A stretch of 64,000 nt of DNA from the NCBI GenBank assembly GCA_016234805.1, contig JACRNU010000030.1, forward strand, positions 27,406-91,405. Direction: 5' to 3'. The translations under genes and the position numbers were made by a program. This DNA comes from Elusimicrobiota bacterium (GTDB taxonomy: Bacteria; Elusimicrobiota; Elusimicrobia; UBA1565; UBA9628). Shown here one piece after another: positions 42,507 through 52,956 of this stretch (positions are counted from its first letter, which is position 1; the number at the start of each line of letters is the position of its first letter). The notes under the pieces were generated by a model that was given only the letters and a program-made list of their open reading frames with translations, did not search any database and was not told where the DNA came from.

Positions 42507-43820
42507 CTATTTGAAGGGTTCCAGCTTCAGGGGCAGGTTCCTGGCCGGCACGACCCGGAAAGAGACCGCTGTGGGCCTTTCAGCGTAGGAGGACTCATGC
42601 CTGCGGCAGCGCACCAGGAGGCTCGCGCCTGCTTCCTCGACCGACACGATATCGCAGGCCGAGTTGTCCTCCTCGGAGGGGGGGATCAGAACCACCATCT
42701 GGCGGTTGAAGTCCACGTTGGGCTTGGGAAGGGCGATGTTGTGGCTGGCCCAGAGCCTGTCGAGCTCCTCCCGGGACCTGGCTGCCGCGACCGAAAGGCT
42801 GCCGAAGGTACGGAGGTCGTCCTCAAGGGCTTGTCCCCCGGCGCCCCCGCCCGCCGGCCCGGCCATAAGGTCGGAGACCCTGGCCTGCCTGCCTGCCTTG
42901 ACCGGGGAGAAGGTCCTGGTTCCGGGGCCGACCGTGGGGCCCAGGGCCACGCGTCCGGCCTCGGACGGCGCCTGCAGGCTCGTGGGAGTGATGATGGCCG
43001 GGGTGTCGCCTTCCAGCCTGGCCGGGGCCCGCTTGGCCGCGTTGTTCAGGCGGTCCGCCCGAGCCATCCCCATCATGGGGTCGTCGCTGGAGAAGGAGTC
43101 CTCCTGCGGGGGGATGATGGCTGTGATGCCCATGCGCTTCTTCTCAGCCTCGATCATGGCCTGGAGCTCTTCGTTGGTGTAGGAGGGCCGGGGCTGGGGA
43201 GCCTCGCCCAAGGGAGCGCCTCCAGCCAGAGCTGGGGCTTGGGGCGCGGGCGCGGCGCTCGGGCTTGCGGCGCCGCCGGCCGAGCCCCGGGTGGCGAAGG
43301 CGGCGATGCCGCTCATGGCCTTGGCCTTTCCCCGGAAGGCCGCGGCCTTGGGGCCCAGCGCCATCTGAGCTTCATCGACGGAGACGGCGGAGCTGGGAGC
43401 CGGGAGTTGGGGTCCTCCCTTGTTGCGCAGTCCCTCGTAGGCCACGAACATCACCACCAGGGCGGAGAGGGCCATGGCCGTGGCCCGCACAGGCTGGGTC
43501 CGACCGAGCGCTATTGCGAGGAAGTGCCGCCTCCACGCGCTGTCGGGAAGCGGCCAGGCGAAGAAGGGGAACCGCCTGCTTTCAGCTTCGGAAGCTGCCT
43601 GGCGCAGCTGCCTGGCCTTGAGCCTAGGCATGAAGCCAGGGGGCAGGTCCTTCTTGGGCATGCCTGAGAGCATCTTGGAGAGGGAGCGCAGGTCCGCGAG
43701 ATGTTCTCGGCACTCGGAGCACCCGGAGAGGTGCTCGTCCACGGTCTTGGCCTGCTGGCCGGGCAGTTCCCCGTCCGCGAAGGCCGAGAGGAGCTCGTGG
43801 ACGTGGTTCTTGTCTTTCAT
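42507..43820 (-). CDS. Anti-sigma factor (zf-HC2 type) with a TM segment and a large Ala/Pro/Gly-rich periplasmic region.
   Basis: LSAFADGELPGQQAKTVDEHLSGCSECREHL (zf-HC2) and a TM segment at ATAMALSALVVMFVAY. 4-nt overlap with the ECF sigma gene. Confidence 0.7.
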   Translation of the reverse strand: MKDKNHVHELLSAFADGELPGQQAKTVDEHLSGCSECREHLADLRSLSKMLSGMPKKDLPPGFMPRLKARQLRQAASEAESRRFPFFAWPLPDSAWRRHFLAIALGRTQPVRATAMALSALVVMFVAYEGLRNKGGPQLPAPSSAVSVDEAQMALGPKAAAFRGKAKAMSGIAAFATRGSAGGAASPSAAPAPQAPALAGGAPLGEAPQPRPSYTNEELQAMIEAEKKRMGITAIIPPQEDSFSSDDPMMGMARADRLNNAAKRAPARLEGDTPAIITPTSLQAPSEAGRVALGPTVGPGTRTFSPVKAGRQARVSDLMAGPAGGGAGGQALEDDLRTFGSLSVAAARSREELDRLWASHNIALPKPNVDFNRQMVVLIPPSEEDNSACDIVSVEEAGASLLVRCRRHESSYAERPTAVSFRVVPARNLPLKLEPFK

Positions 43821-44362
43821 AGCACGCTCAACCGGTCCTTGAGCTTGAGCCTGAGGGCTTCGCGGGCGCGGGAGAGCCGGGACTTCACGGTGCCCTCGGG
43901 CACCCCGAGCGCGGCCGCGATGTCGCGGTACGACCGCTCCTTCACGTCCCTCAGCACGATCACGGCCCGTTCCTCCGGTTCCAGCTCCATGAGCGCGGCC
44001 TGGAGCGTCTTTTCCCGGTCCTTGGCCTCGAGTCCCGCGTCGAGCGGCGGGTCCGGGGCCTTGAACGCGGGCTCCTCGTCATGCTCCTCCCCCGTGAAGA
44101 GGTCGAGGGAGACCGTCTTCCAGAACCCCCGCCTCTTCTCGGAGCGGACCCGGTTCTTCCAGGTGTTGACCGTGATGCGGTAGACCCAGGTGGAAAGCGA
44201 CGAGTCCCCCCGGAATCCGGGCAGGGCCTTCAAGGCCCTCAAGAGCGAGTCCTGGGCCAGGTCCTCGGCATCGGCGGGGTTCCCCACCAGGCGCAGAGAC
44301 AGGTTGTAGACCAGAGCCGCGTTCTGGGCCAGGAATTCGTTCTCGTCCGGAGGTTTAGACAC
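43817..44362 (-). CDS. RNA polymerase ECF-type sigma-70 factor.
   Basis: Region 2 (DAEDLAQDSLLRAL, TWVYRITVNTWKN) and region 4 (RSYRDIAAALGVPEGTVKSRLSRAR). Confidence 0.85.
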   Translation of the reverse strand: MSKPPDENEFLAQNAALVYNLSLRLVGNPADAEDLAQDSLLRALKALPGFRGDSSLSTWVYRITVNTWKNRVRSEKRRGFWKTVSLDLFTGEEHDEEPAFKAPDPPLDAGLEAKDREKTLQAALMELEPEERAVIVLRDVKERSYRDIAAALGVPEGTVKSRLSRAREALRLKLKDRLSVL

Positions 44363-44386
44363 CTTTAATAGCCGGCTGGTTCCACG

Positions 44387-44644
44387 CTAGTCCGCCCGCT
44401 CCACGCGGACCCTGAAAGAGCCGAAATCCATGGCCAGGATGCGGCGGAAGATCTCCACCTGCACCCAGATCATGTAGGCGATGAAGGCGAAGACCAGGAG
44501 CTTGGCAGGGGCGCCCGAGAGGCGGAAGAAGAAGACGGCTCCTCCGAGCAGTTTGGCAGGGATGCCCACGAAGACGGCCACGCGCCAGGTGTAGGCCCAC
44601 CAGACCCGGAGGGCGGTCTTGAGGTCAGGGGCTCGTTCTTTCAA
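44387..44644 (-). CDS. Possible small membrane protein (~85 aa, TTG start).
   Basis: Only the C-terminal part of track ORF 44387..44983 lies outside metK. It has two hydrophobic segments (VAVFVGIPAKLLGGAVFFF, LLVFAFIAYMIWV). The start is inferred. Confidence 0.3.
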   Translation of the reverse strand: MKERAPDLKTALRVWWAYTWRVAVFVGIPAKLLGGAVFFFRLSGAPAKLLVFAFIAYMIWVQVEIFRRILAMDFGSFRVRVERAD

Positions 44645-44667
44645 GGCCCAGGGTGGCGGTCCGGTCG

Positions 44668-45900
<1,233 letters not shown>

Positions 45901-46023
45901 TTGGTTGTTGTCTCCATGCGACCGGCTACGGGCGAATGCTGACGACCTCCGCTTCGTAGACGGTAATATGATTGCAGATTATACAATTTTTGGGGCGGCC
46001 TGGGGGGCGCTCCGCGCGAGCCC

Positions 46024-47442
46024 TTAGCCGTGGCCCACCGCCAGCCACTTCTTCGCGAGCTCGATGAGGTCGGCGGTCTTCTGCGGGGAGTCGGTCTCCG
46101 CGTAGAGACGCATGACGGGCTCGGTGCCCGAGGGGCGCATGAGGATCCAGGAGGAGTCCTCGGCCACGACCTTGAGCCCGTCGATCTGCGTCGTCTCCTT
46201 GATGGGCAGGCCCAGGACCTTCTTCGGGAGCTTCTTGATGAGCTTCGCGGCGAAGACCGCCTTGTCCGCCACGGGCCGGTGGATGCGGATGTCCACGCGC
46301 TTGAAGGCCGACTTGCCGTACTTCTCCTCGATCCCCTTCCAGAGCGCCGAGGGGGTCTGGTTGCGCGTCACGCACATCTCCATGAGGAGGAGCGCCGTGA
46401 CCAGCCCGTCGCGCTCGGGCAGGCCGCCCTTCCAGGCGTAGCCGCCGGACTCCTCCGCGCCCATCACCGCCTCCCCGGAGGCGAGCTTCTCGGCCACGTA
46501 CTTGAAGCCGACCGGGAGCTCCTCGAAGGCCAGGTCCCGCGCCGCGGCGATGCGGGCGGGGAGCCGGCCCAGGGAGACGGACTGCACGATCTTGCCCTTG
46601 AGCTTCTTCTTCTCCACGAGGTACTCGATGATCATGGGGAAGATCTGGCAGGGAGTGTAGTAGACCCCGCCCTCGTCCACGAGCCCGACCCGGTCGCCGT
46701 CGCCGTCGAGGGCGAGGCCCATGAGGGCCTTGGAGGCCCGGACCTTCTCGATGAGCAGGCCCAGGTTGGCCTCGATGGGCTCCGGGTTGACCCCGCCGAA
46801 GAGGGGGTCGTGCTCCGTCCTGATGGCGATGAGGTTCTTCGAGGGGATGAGCTTCTCCATGAGGCCCGCGCCCGAGCCGTGGAGGTAGTCGATGACCACG
46901 GGGTGGCGCAGGCGGCCCGAGATCTTCGAGGGGTCGACCCGGGACCGGACATGCTGGAGGTAGGCGTCCCGGCACGACTTGACCGGGAAATCGCTGTTGA
47001 GGGCGGGCATGGTCTTGTCCAGGTGCGCCTCGAGGCCCCGGGTGAAGCCGTCCGGCACCACGCGGCCCTCGGATTTGATCTTGATGCCGTTGTAGTTCGG
47101 GGGGTTGTGGCTCGCGGTGACCATGACCCCCAGGCCCTTGGAGCGGTGGGTCATGAGGCTCACGGCCGGGGTGGGCAGGGACTCGGCGATGACGCATGGG
47201 TTGAGCCTGTTGCCCCTCAGGACCCGGGCGATCTCCCGGGCGAAGGACTCGGACTGGAAGCGGCGGTCGTAGCCGATCCAGATCGGCATGGTCAGGCCCC
47301 GCCTTTTGGCGGGCGTCTTCTGGGCCTCGTCCCGCACGAAGTCCGCGAGGGCCTGGGCCACGCGCCGGACGTTGTCGAAGGTGAAGTCGCGCGCCATCAC
47401 GCCGCGCCAGCCGTCCGTCCCGAATTTGATGGGGTCGATCAT
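46024..47442 (-). CDS. Phosphomannomutase/phosphoglucomutase family enzyme.
   Basis: FGTDGWRGV, active-site TASHNPPNYNGIKI, and a Mg-binding DGDGDR loop. Confidence 0.85.
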   Translation of the reverse strand: MIDPIKFGTDGWRGVMARDFTFDNVRRVAQALADFVRDEAQKTPAKRRGLTMPIWIGYDRRFQSESFAREIARVLRGNRLNPCVIAESLPTPAVSLMTHRSKGLGVMVTASHNPPNYNGIKIKSEGRVVPDGFTRGLEAHLDKTMPALNSDFPVKSCRDAYLQHVRSRVDPSKISGRLRHPVVIDYLHGSGAGLMEKLIPSKNLIAIRTEHDPLFGGVNPEPIEANLGLLIEKVRASKALMGLALDGDGDRVGLVDEGGVYYTPCQIFPMIIEYLVEKKKLKGKIVQSVSLGRLPARIAAARDLAFEELPVGFKYVAEKLASGEAVMGAEESGGYAWKGGLPERDGLVTALLLMEMCVTRNQTPSALWKGIEEKYGKSAFKRVDIRIHRPVADKAVFAAKLIKKLPKKVLGLPIKETTQIDGLKVVAEDSSWILMRPSGTEPVMRLYAETDSPQKTADLIELAKKWLAVGHG

Positions 47443-47795
47443 TTCTTCCTCCCAGCCTTTCCGTCGGCTCTGTGATAGTCGTCCTCGAGCCGAACCACGT
47501 CCTTGAGCTCGGGGGTCGAGACCTCGAGCACCCTGACCCGGCCGAAGCGGGCCTCGAACCGGTGGACCGTCTTCGGCGGGATGACGGCCCCCTTCCCGGG
47601 CCCGAGGACGCGCTCCCGCCTCCCGAGCCGCAGGACGAGCCTGCCCTCGAGGACGTAGATCGTCTCGTGCTTGCGCGCGTGATACTGCAGGCTCAGGCGA
47701 CGGCCCTTCTCCACCACGATGATCTTGCCCGCGTAGCCCGGGCCGAGGGCGTAGAGGATCTCGCGGCCCCAGGGCTTCCTGATGACGGTCACCAT
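47439..47795 (-). CDS. Cupin-domain protein (mannose-6-phosphate isomerase type II cupin-like).
   Basis: KPWGREIL...YAGKII.VEKGRRLSLQYHARKHETIYVLEG is a cupin_2/PMI-II motif. Overlaps the downstream PMM gene by 4 nt. Confidence 0.7.
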   Translation of the reverse strand: MVTVIRKPWGREILYALGPGYAGKIIVVEKGRRLSLQYHARKHETIYVLEGRLVLRLGRRERVLGPGKGAVIPPKTVHRFEARFGRVRVLEVSTPELKDVVRLEDDYHRADGKAGRKK

Positions 47796-47811
47796 GGATG
47801 GCTTCTAGGCA

Positions 47812-48924
47812 TCAGAGCGCGCTGAATGGCCCCACCACCGAGCCTCCGGCCACGGCCCCGCCGGCGGCCACGGCGGTGTTGGCGCCGATGCGGCAGCGCT
47901 CGCCGACTACGCACCGCTTAAGCGACGCGCCCGGGCCCACGCGGGTCCTTTCGAGGACCACGCAGTCCTCGAGCATGGCGCCCCTCCCGATGACGCACCC
48001 GGGCCCCACGCACACGTGCCCGGAGAAGCGGACGAAGTCGTTGACCGAGGTCCCGTCGCCGAGCACGGCCGTGCCGCCGGGCTCGGGCCAGGTGATCCCG
48101 CGGCCCAGGCGCACGCGCCGGCCGCAGGACTTGACCGGGGGCCGGGCGTTCCGGCCGCGGCCCGAGCTTCCGGCGAGCGGAACGCGTCCCGCGCCTCCGG
48201 GAGCCTTGCGCCCGAGCGCCAGGCCGCTGAGGATGTCCAGGTGGGCCTGGAGGTATTTCTCCACCGTGCCGATATCCATCCAATAGCCTGGGGAGACCCA
48301 GCCGACGACGCGGCGGCGCAGCTCGAGCAGGCGCGGGAAGAGGCCCCGCTCCAGGGAGTAGGCGACTCCCTCCGGGATGAGGTCCAGGATCCCCGGCTCG
48401 AAGACGTAGGCGCCGGCGTTGATGGTGTTCGTGCGGATCTCGTCCCAGGAGGGCTTCTCGAGGAAGCTGCGGACCCGGCCGTCGGGCTCGGTTTCGACGA
48501 GGCCGTAGAGCGTCGGGTCCTTGACGCGCGTGAGCGCGATGGAGGCCTCGGCCCGGCCGCGGCCATGGGCCCCCAGGAAGGCGGTCAGGTCGATGCCGGA
48601 GAGGATGTCCCCGTTGAAGACGAGGAAGGTCCCGGCTACGAGCCGGGCGCAGTTCCGGACGGCGCCTCCCGTGCCGAGGGGGCGGACCTCGTGGACGTAG
48701 CTCAGCCGCAGCCCGTGCTTCCGGCCGTCCCCGAAGACCCTCTTGAACTGCCCGGGCAGATACGAGGTGCACAGGACCACGTCCTTGATCCCGTGCGCCT
48801 TGAGCGTGTCGAACTGGTACTCCAGGAAGGGCCTGTTGACCAGGGGCAGGAGCGGCTTGGGCCGGGAACAGGTGAAGGGCCGCAGCCGGGTTCCCTGCCC
48901 GCCGATGAGGATGATCGCCAACAT
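47812..48924 (-). CDS. Sugar-1-phosphate nucleotidyltransferase (mannose-1-phosphate guanylyltransferase-like) with a C-terminal left-handed beta-helix.
   Basis: MLAIILIGGQGTRLRPFTCSRPKPLLPLVNRPF (NTP_transferase G-x-G-T-R-L), then a C-terminal hexapeptide-repeat region. Confidence 0.8.
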   Translation of the reverse strand: MLAIILIGGQGTRLRPFTCSRPKPLLPLVNRPFLEYQFDTLKAHGIKDVVLCTSYLPGQFKRVFGDGRKHGLRLSYVHEVRPLGTGGAVRNCARLVAGTFLVFNGDILSGIDLTAFLGAHGRGRAEASIALTRVKDPTLYGLVETEPDGRVRSFLEKPSWDEIRTNTINAGAYVFEPGILDLIPEGVAYSLERGLFPRLLELRRRVVGWVSPGYWMDIGTVEKYLQAHLDILSGLALGRKAPGGAGRVPLAGSSGRGRNARPPVKSCGRRVRLGRGITWPEPGGTAVLGDGTSVNDFVRFSGHVCVGPGCVIGRGAMLEDCVVLERTRVGPGASLKRCVVGERCRIGANTAVAAGGAVAGGSVVGPFSAL

Positions 48925-48964
48925 GGTCCGTGATTCTACAAAAATTAATATACTTATGCCTTAG

Positions 48965-51142
48965 ATGATGGACGAGCCGGTCGTTGAGGAGGACGTCCGT
49001 GCCGGGGGCGCGGCCCTCGTCATGGGGCTCGTGGGGCTGGCGGTCTTCCTGGCGGTCCAGGCCCTGGCGCTCAAGTCCTTCTCCAGCCGCGAGTCCCGGC
49101 CTCCGGCGTGGGACCAGTCGATCCACCTCGAGATCGCCCTCGACTACCGCGCGGCGTGGAAGGAGGGGGACCTGGGCAGGATCTGGACCCTGGCGCCCAA
49201 GCCGGGCATGCCCCCCTTCCCTCCGCTCTTTCACGTCGGGATGATGGCCCTGACCGACCCGGCGGACCCGGTCGCCACCTCCCTGCGCGTCAACTGGGTC
49301 TACCTCGCGCTCCTGAGCCTGGCGATCTTCATGATCGCCTACGAGTTCCGCCCCGATGCCACGGCCCTGGCCGCGGCCATGGTCTTCGTCTGCTCGCCCA
49401 TCGTGCAGAGGCTCTACCATACCCAGCTCGTGGACCTCGCGGTGACTGCCTGCGTGGCCATGGCCTATTGGGCCCTGATCGCCTCCCAGGGCTTCAGGCT
49501 CTGGCGCGGGTCCCTGGCCTTCGGCGTGCTCTTCGCGGTGGGGATGATGCACAAGTGGAGCTTCTTCACCTACATGGCGCCGGCCTACATGATGGGGGCC
49601 GCGGCCCTTTTCGACCGGAACTGCCGGCACAAGGCCGCGGTCGCGGCCGTCATCGGGCTCGCCGGATGCCTGCCGTGGTACGTCATCCACCTGCCGATCC
49701 TCGTGCCCAGGCTCCTGGAGGCCTCCGCGGACTACGGCGTGCCTGTCTGGAAGGGCACGGCCTTCTTCCAGTATTTTCTCGAGTCCGTCAACGCCCTGGG
49801 CGTGCCGTTCTTCCTCATGGGTTGGTTCGCGGTCATGATACCGGACTGCATGCGCGCCAAGAAGCGCTGGTGGGTCATCCCTGCCTGGCTCATCCTTTCC
49901 TATTTGATCTGGGCCGTGGTGCCCAACCGGCAGATGCGGTTCCTCCTGCCTGGGCTCGTTCCTCTGGGCGTGGGGCTGGGGATAGCGGCCTTGCCCAAGG
50001 TCGTGGTCTGGAGCATGGCGGCCGTCCAGATCGTCCTGGCGCTCAACTTCGCCACGGGCTGGATCGCGCCGGTGACGGTCCAGCTGCCGCTCGCGAGGTT
50101 CCTCCCCTTCCCGCCCATCGAGCTCACCCCGAGCGATCCCCCGCGCAGCGAGGACTGGAGGCTCACCGAGATCCTCCGCGAGGTCGAAGCCCGCCGGGAC
50201 AAAGCCATGCCGGCCGCCAACCTCACCCTGGTGGCCAACGACACCTACTTCAACGGCCCGAACTTCAACTGGGCCGTCAAGGGCTCGGGCCTGGCCGCCA
50301 TCAGGATCAGGGGCGTCAATCGGAGGCTCTCCGAGTTCTCCGAGTTCATCCTGCTCAAGAAGGGCTACCTGGGTCCGGAGAAGGTCACCCTGGGCCTGGC
50401 CAAGGCCGCGGAGACCATCGAGGACAAGGACCTGTGGGTCGCCTATGCCTACGAGGTCGTCAAGCGCTGGCCCCTGCCGGACCAGTCCGAGGCCGTTCTG
50501 TACCAGCTCAGGAAGCTCAAGGCGCCGATCTTCAAGCAGGGGCGGGCGAACTTCGACTTCTTCACCTCGACCGGGCTCTCCGCGGTCGGGATGAAGCTCG
50601 ATATCGGCCGTTGGGACGCTGCCAAGGGCTCTTGCGACACGATCGGGGTCACTGCCCAGAGCGTCTCCATCAGGGACCTGGCGGTGTCAGGGCTCGACGC
50701 CGAGCTCGCAGACGTCATGTTCGTCCCGCTGATGACCAACATGCCCGCGAGCCAGTCCTACTGGGACGATGTGCGCTTCCTCAAGATGCGGCGGCTGAAG
50801 GTGCGGTCCCTGACCGTCACCGCGGAGGACCTCAAGGGCTTCCTGGAGAAGCGGGTCAACGGACTGGTCATCAAGAGCATGGCCCTGGACAAGGACATCT
50901 CCGTCGACGCCACGGTCAACGGAATCGCGGTCCAGGCCAGGGTGTCCGTGGCGCTCCTGGACTCCCCGAGGCGCCTGTTCCTCAAGGTCGAGCGGGCCGC
51001 CTTGGGCGTGACCCCCGTGCCGGTCTGGCTCCTCGGAGTGTTGAGCAGCATCACGGTCTCTCTGGAGAACAACCCGGAGACGCCCTTCTTCATCGACCTG
51101 CCGGGGCTGACCATCAGGAACGGCAGGCTGACCATCCCCTGA
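48965..51142 (+). CDS. ArnT/PMT-like GT-C membrane glycosyltransferase (GT83/GT39-like) with a large C-terminal soluble domain.
   Basis: N-terminal ~330 aa with ~10 TM helices and ArnT-like loops (KPGMPPFPPLFH, YEFRPDATAL), then a ~390-aa soluble domain. Confidence 0.7.
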   Translation: MMDEPVVEEDVRAGGAALVMGLVGLAVFLAVQALALKSFSSRESRPPAWDQSIHLEIALDYRAAWKEGDLGRIWTLAPKPGMPPFPPLFHVGMMALTDPADPVATSLRVNWVYLALLSLAIFMIAYEFRPDATALAAAMVFVCSPIVQRLYHTQLVDLAVTACVAMAYWALIASQGFRLWRGSLAFGVLFAVGMMHKWSFFTYMAPAYMMGAAALFDRNCRHKAAVAAVIGLAGCLPWYVIHLPILVPRLLEASADYGVPVWKGTAFFQYFLESVNALGVPFFLMGWFAVMIPDCMRAKKRWWVIPAWLILSYLIWAVVPNRQMRFLLPGLVPLGVGLGIAALPKVVVWSMAAVQIVLALNFATGWIAPVTVQLPLARFLPFPPIELTPSDPPRSEDWRLTEILREVEARRDKAMPAANLTLVANDTYFNGPNFNWAVKGSGLAAIRIRGVNRRLSEFSEFILLKKGYLGPEKVTLGLAKAAETIEDKDLWVAYAYEVVKRWPLPDQSEAVLYQLRKLKAPIFKQGRANFDFFTSTGLSAVGMKLDIGRWDAAKGSCDTIGVTAQSVSIRDLAVSGLDAELADVMFVPLMTNMPASQSYWDDVRFLKMRRLKVRSLTVTAEDLKGFLEKRVNGLVIKSMALDKDISVDATVNGIAVQARVSVALLDSPRRLFLKVERAALGVTPVPVWLLGVLSSITVSLENNPETPFFIDLPGLTIRNGRLTIP

Positions 51143-51150
51143 AGATCCCC

Positions 51151-52218
51151 GTGAAGAGCCGCCGCATCCTGATCGTCAAGCTCTCCGCCCTCGGAGACGT
51201 GCTGCGCACCACCTCCCTGCTCCGGCCCCTGGCCCGCCGGCATCCGCAAGCGCGCATCTCCTGGCTCACCTCGAAGGCGGCCCTGCCCCTGCTGGAGACC
51301 AACCCCTGGATCTCCGAGCTCGCGACCTCCGAGGAGGGGCTGTCTCCCGGCCCCGGCTTCGACCTGGTGCTGAGCCTGGAGGAGGACGCTTCCGCGGCGC
51401 GGCTGGCCTCGGCCGTCTGCCGGGGCGAGCTCGTCGGCGTGACCGTGGGCGGAGGAGGGCTCTCCTACACCCCGTCGAGCGCGCCCTACTACGACCTGAG
51501 CCTTCTCCATCGCGACGCGGACGGCGGCCACGCCGCGGCTGACCGCCTCAAAGCGGCCAACAAGCTGACCTACGCGGAGCTCTGGCTCAAGGTCCTCGGC
51601 TTGCCCAAGCCCGCGAAGAAGGATGGCTTGAGGCCCGTGCTCGTCCTTTCCGCGGAGGACCGGGCAAGCGCCGCGGCTTTTGCCCGGAAAGCGGGCCTCG
51701 CGGACGGGCCCGCGGCCATCGGGCTAAACCCCGGGGCAGGCTCGCGCTGGCCCGCCAAGCAGGTCCCTGTCGAGGCCGCGGTCTGCCTGGCCCGCGCCCT
51801 GGTCCGGCGCTTCCGGCGGCCGGTCATCCTTTTCGGAGGCAAAGACGAGGCGGCCCGCAACCGGGCCATCGCCCGCGGCGTCGCCGCCGCCGGGGCGGTC
51901 GCGTCCGGGGCTCCTGTCCTCGACCCCGGGACCGGACATCTCTTGAGGTCCTTCGCGGGTTTCGTGGACCTCTGCGAGGCGGTCGTGACCACGGATACGC
52001 TCGCGCTCCACATCGCCGCGGCCCTGGGCAAGAAGACCTTCGCGCTCGTGGGGCCGACCTCGGCCTCCGAGCTCGACGTCTTCGGCCAAGGGGAGATCGT
52101 GGTCCCGGCCGGAGGCTGCTCCTGCTTCTACCGGCCGCGCTGCCTGCGGGGCCGGTCCTGCCTCGACCGGATGCCGGCCTCCAGAGTCGTCGACGCCGTG
52201 GCCAGGTGGGTGAAGTGA
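51151..52218 (+). CDS. Glycosyltransferase family 9 (heptosyltransferase-like).
   Basis: RRILIVKLSALGDVLRTTSLLRPLARRHPQARISWLT is the GT9 N-terminus; the C-terminus has VVTTDTLALHIAAALGKKTFALVGPT. GTG start overlaps the upstream stop. Confidence 0.75.
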   Translation: MKSRRILIVKLSALGDVLRTTSLLRPLARRHPQARISWLTSKAALPLLETNPWISELATSEEGLSPGPGFDLVLSLEEDASAARLASAVCRGELVGVTVGGGGLSYTPSSAPYYDLSLLHRDADGGHAAADRLKAANKLTYAELWLKVLGLPKPAKKDGLRPVLVLSAEDRASAAAFARKAGLADGPAAIGLNPGAGSRWPAKQVPVEAAVCLARALVRRFRRPVILFGGKDEAARNRAIARGVAAAGAVASGAPVLDPGTGHLLRSFAGFVDLCEAVVTTDTLALHIAAALGKKTFALVGPTSASELDVFGQGEIVVPAGGCSCFYRPRCLRGRSCLDRMPASRVVDAVARWVK

Positions 52219-52937
52219 CGAGCAGCCTCAAGGTCCTCGTCGTGGTGCCGACCTATGACGAAGCGGAGAACATCGAAGCCCTCATCGACGCCCTCTACGG
52301 CCTGAAGGTCCGGGGCCTGGAGGTCCTGGTCGTAGACGACAGCAGTCCGGACGGCACCTCGGCCATCGTGGAGGAGCTCATCGCCGGGGGCCTGTACGGC
52401 GGCCTGAGGCTCATGACGCGCAAGGGTCCGGCCGGCCGCGGCTGGGCGGGCCGGGACGGCTTCGTGGAGGCCCTGGCCCTGGGCGCGGACTACATCGTGG
52501 AGATGGACGCGGATTTCTCGCACCAGCCCAGGCACATCCCCGAGCTTCTGGCTGCCGTGGATGATTGCGACATGGTCGTGGGCTCGAGGTTCGTGGGAGG
52601 CGGGGTTGACCAGGACCGGGGGCTCGTCCGGCGCGTCATTACCCGGGTCGCCAACGCATTCGCCAGGAGCCTGCTCGGCCTGCCGGTCCTGGACTGCAAC
52701 TCAGGGTTCCGGGCTTACAGCCGCAAAGCCATGGAAGCCATCCATCCCGACACCCTCGAGTCGGCCGGGCCCTCTATCGTGCACGAAGTGCTCGTCCGCG
52801 GCCGGGACGCGGGCCTGAAGGTCAGGGAGGTCCCCATCGAGTTCGTGGACCGCAGGAAGGGGGGCTCCAAGCTCGACTTCCGGCGCCTGGCCGCGGGCTA
52901 CTGGTGGGTGCTCAAGGCCCGGTTCTTCCGGCCCTGA
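52206..52937 (+). CDS. GT2 polyprenyl-phosphate sugar synthase (Dpm1/ArnC-like).
   Basis: VLVVVPTYDEAENI...EVLVVDDSSPDGT...YIVEMDADFSHQPRHIPELL, a GT2 DXD-type layout, about 240 aa. Confidence 0.8.
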   Translation: MGEVTSSLKVLVVVPTYDEAENIEALIDALYGLKVRGLEVLVVDDSSPDGTSAIVEELIAGGLYGGLRLMTRKGPAGRGWAGRDGFVEALALGADYIVEMDADFSHQPRHIPELLAAVDDCDMVVGSRFVGGGVDQDRGLVRRVITRVANAFARSLLGLPVLDCNSGFRAYSRKAMEAIHPDTLESAGPSIVHEVLVRGRDAGLKVREVPIEFVDRRKGGSKLDFRRLAAGYWWVLKARFFRP

Positions 52938-52956
52938 CGAGCCCGCTGCCGGAAGC

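Noticed and set aside
47918-49690. 590-aa minus-strand ORF spanning ManC and the start of the ArnT-like gene.
   Set aside because: It is out of frame with ManC on the same strand and antisense to the GT-C gene, and its translation is Arg/Gly/Pro-rich with no motifs.
49108-52218. 1036-aa plus-strand ORF apparently fusing the GT-C and GT9 genes.
   Set aside because: Its first ~680 codons are an alternative frame of the ArnT-like gene (Arg/Pro-rich). Only the last 356 codons (GT9, GTG start at 51151) make sense, and the ArnT-like protein is in the 48965..51142 frame.
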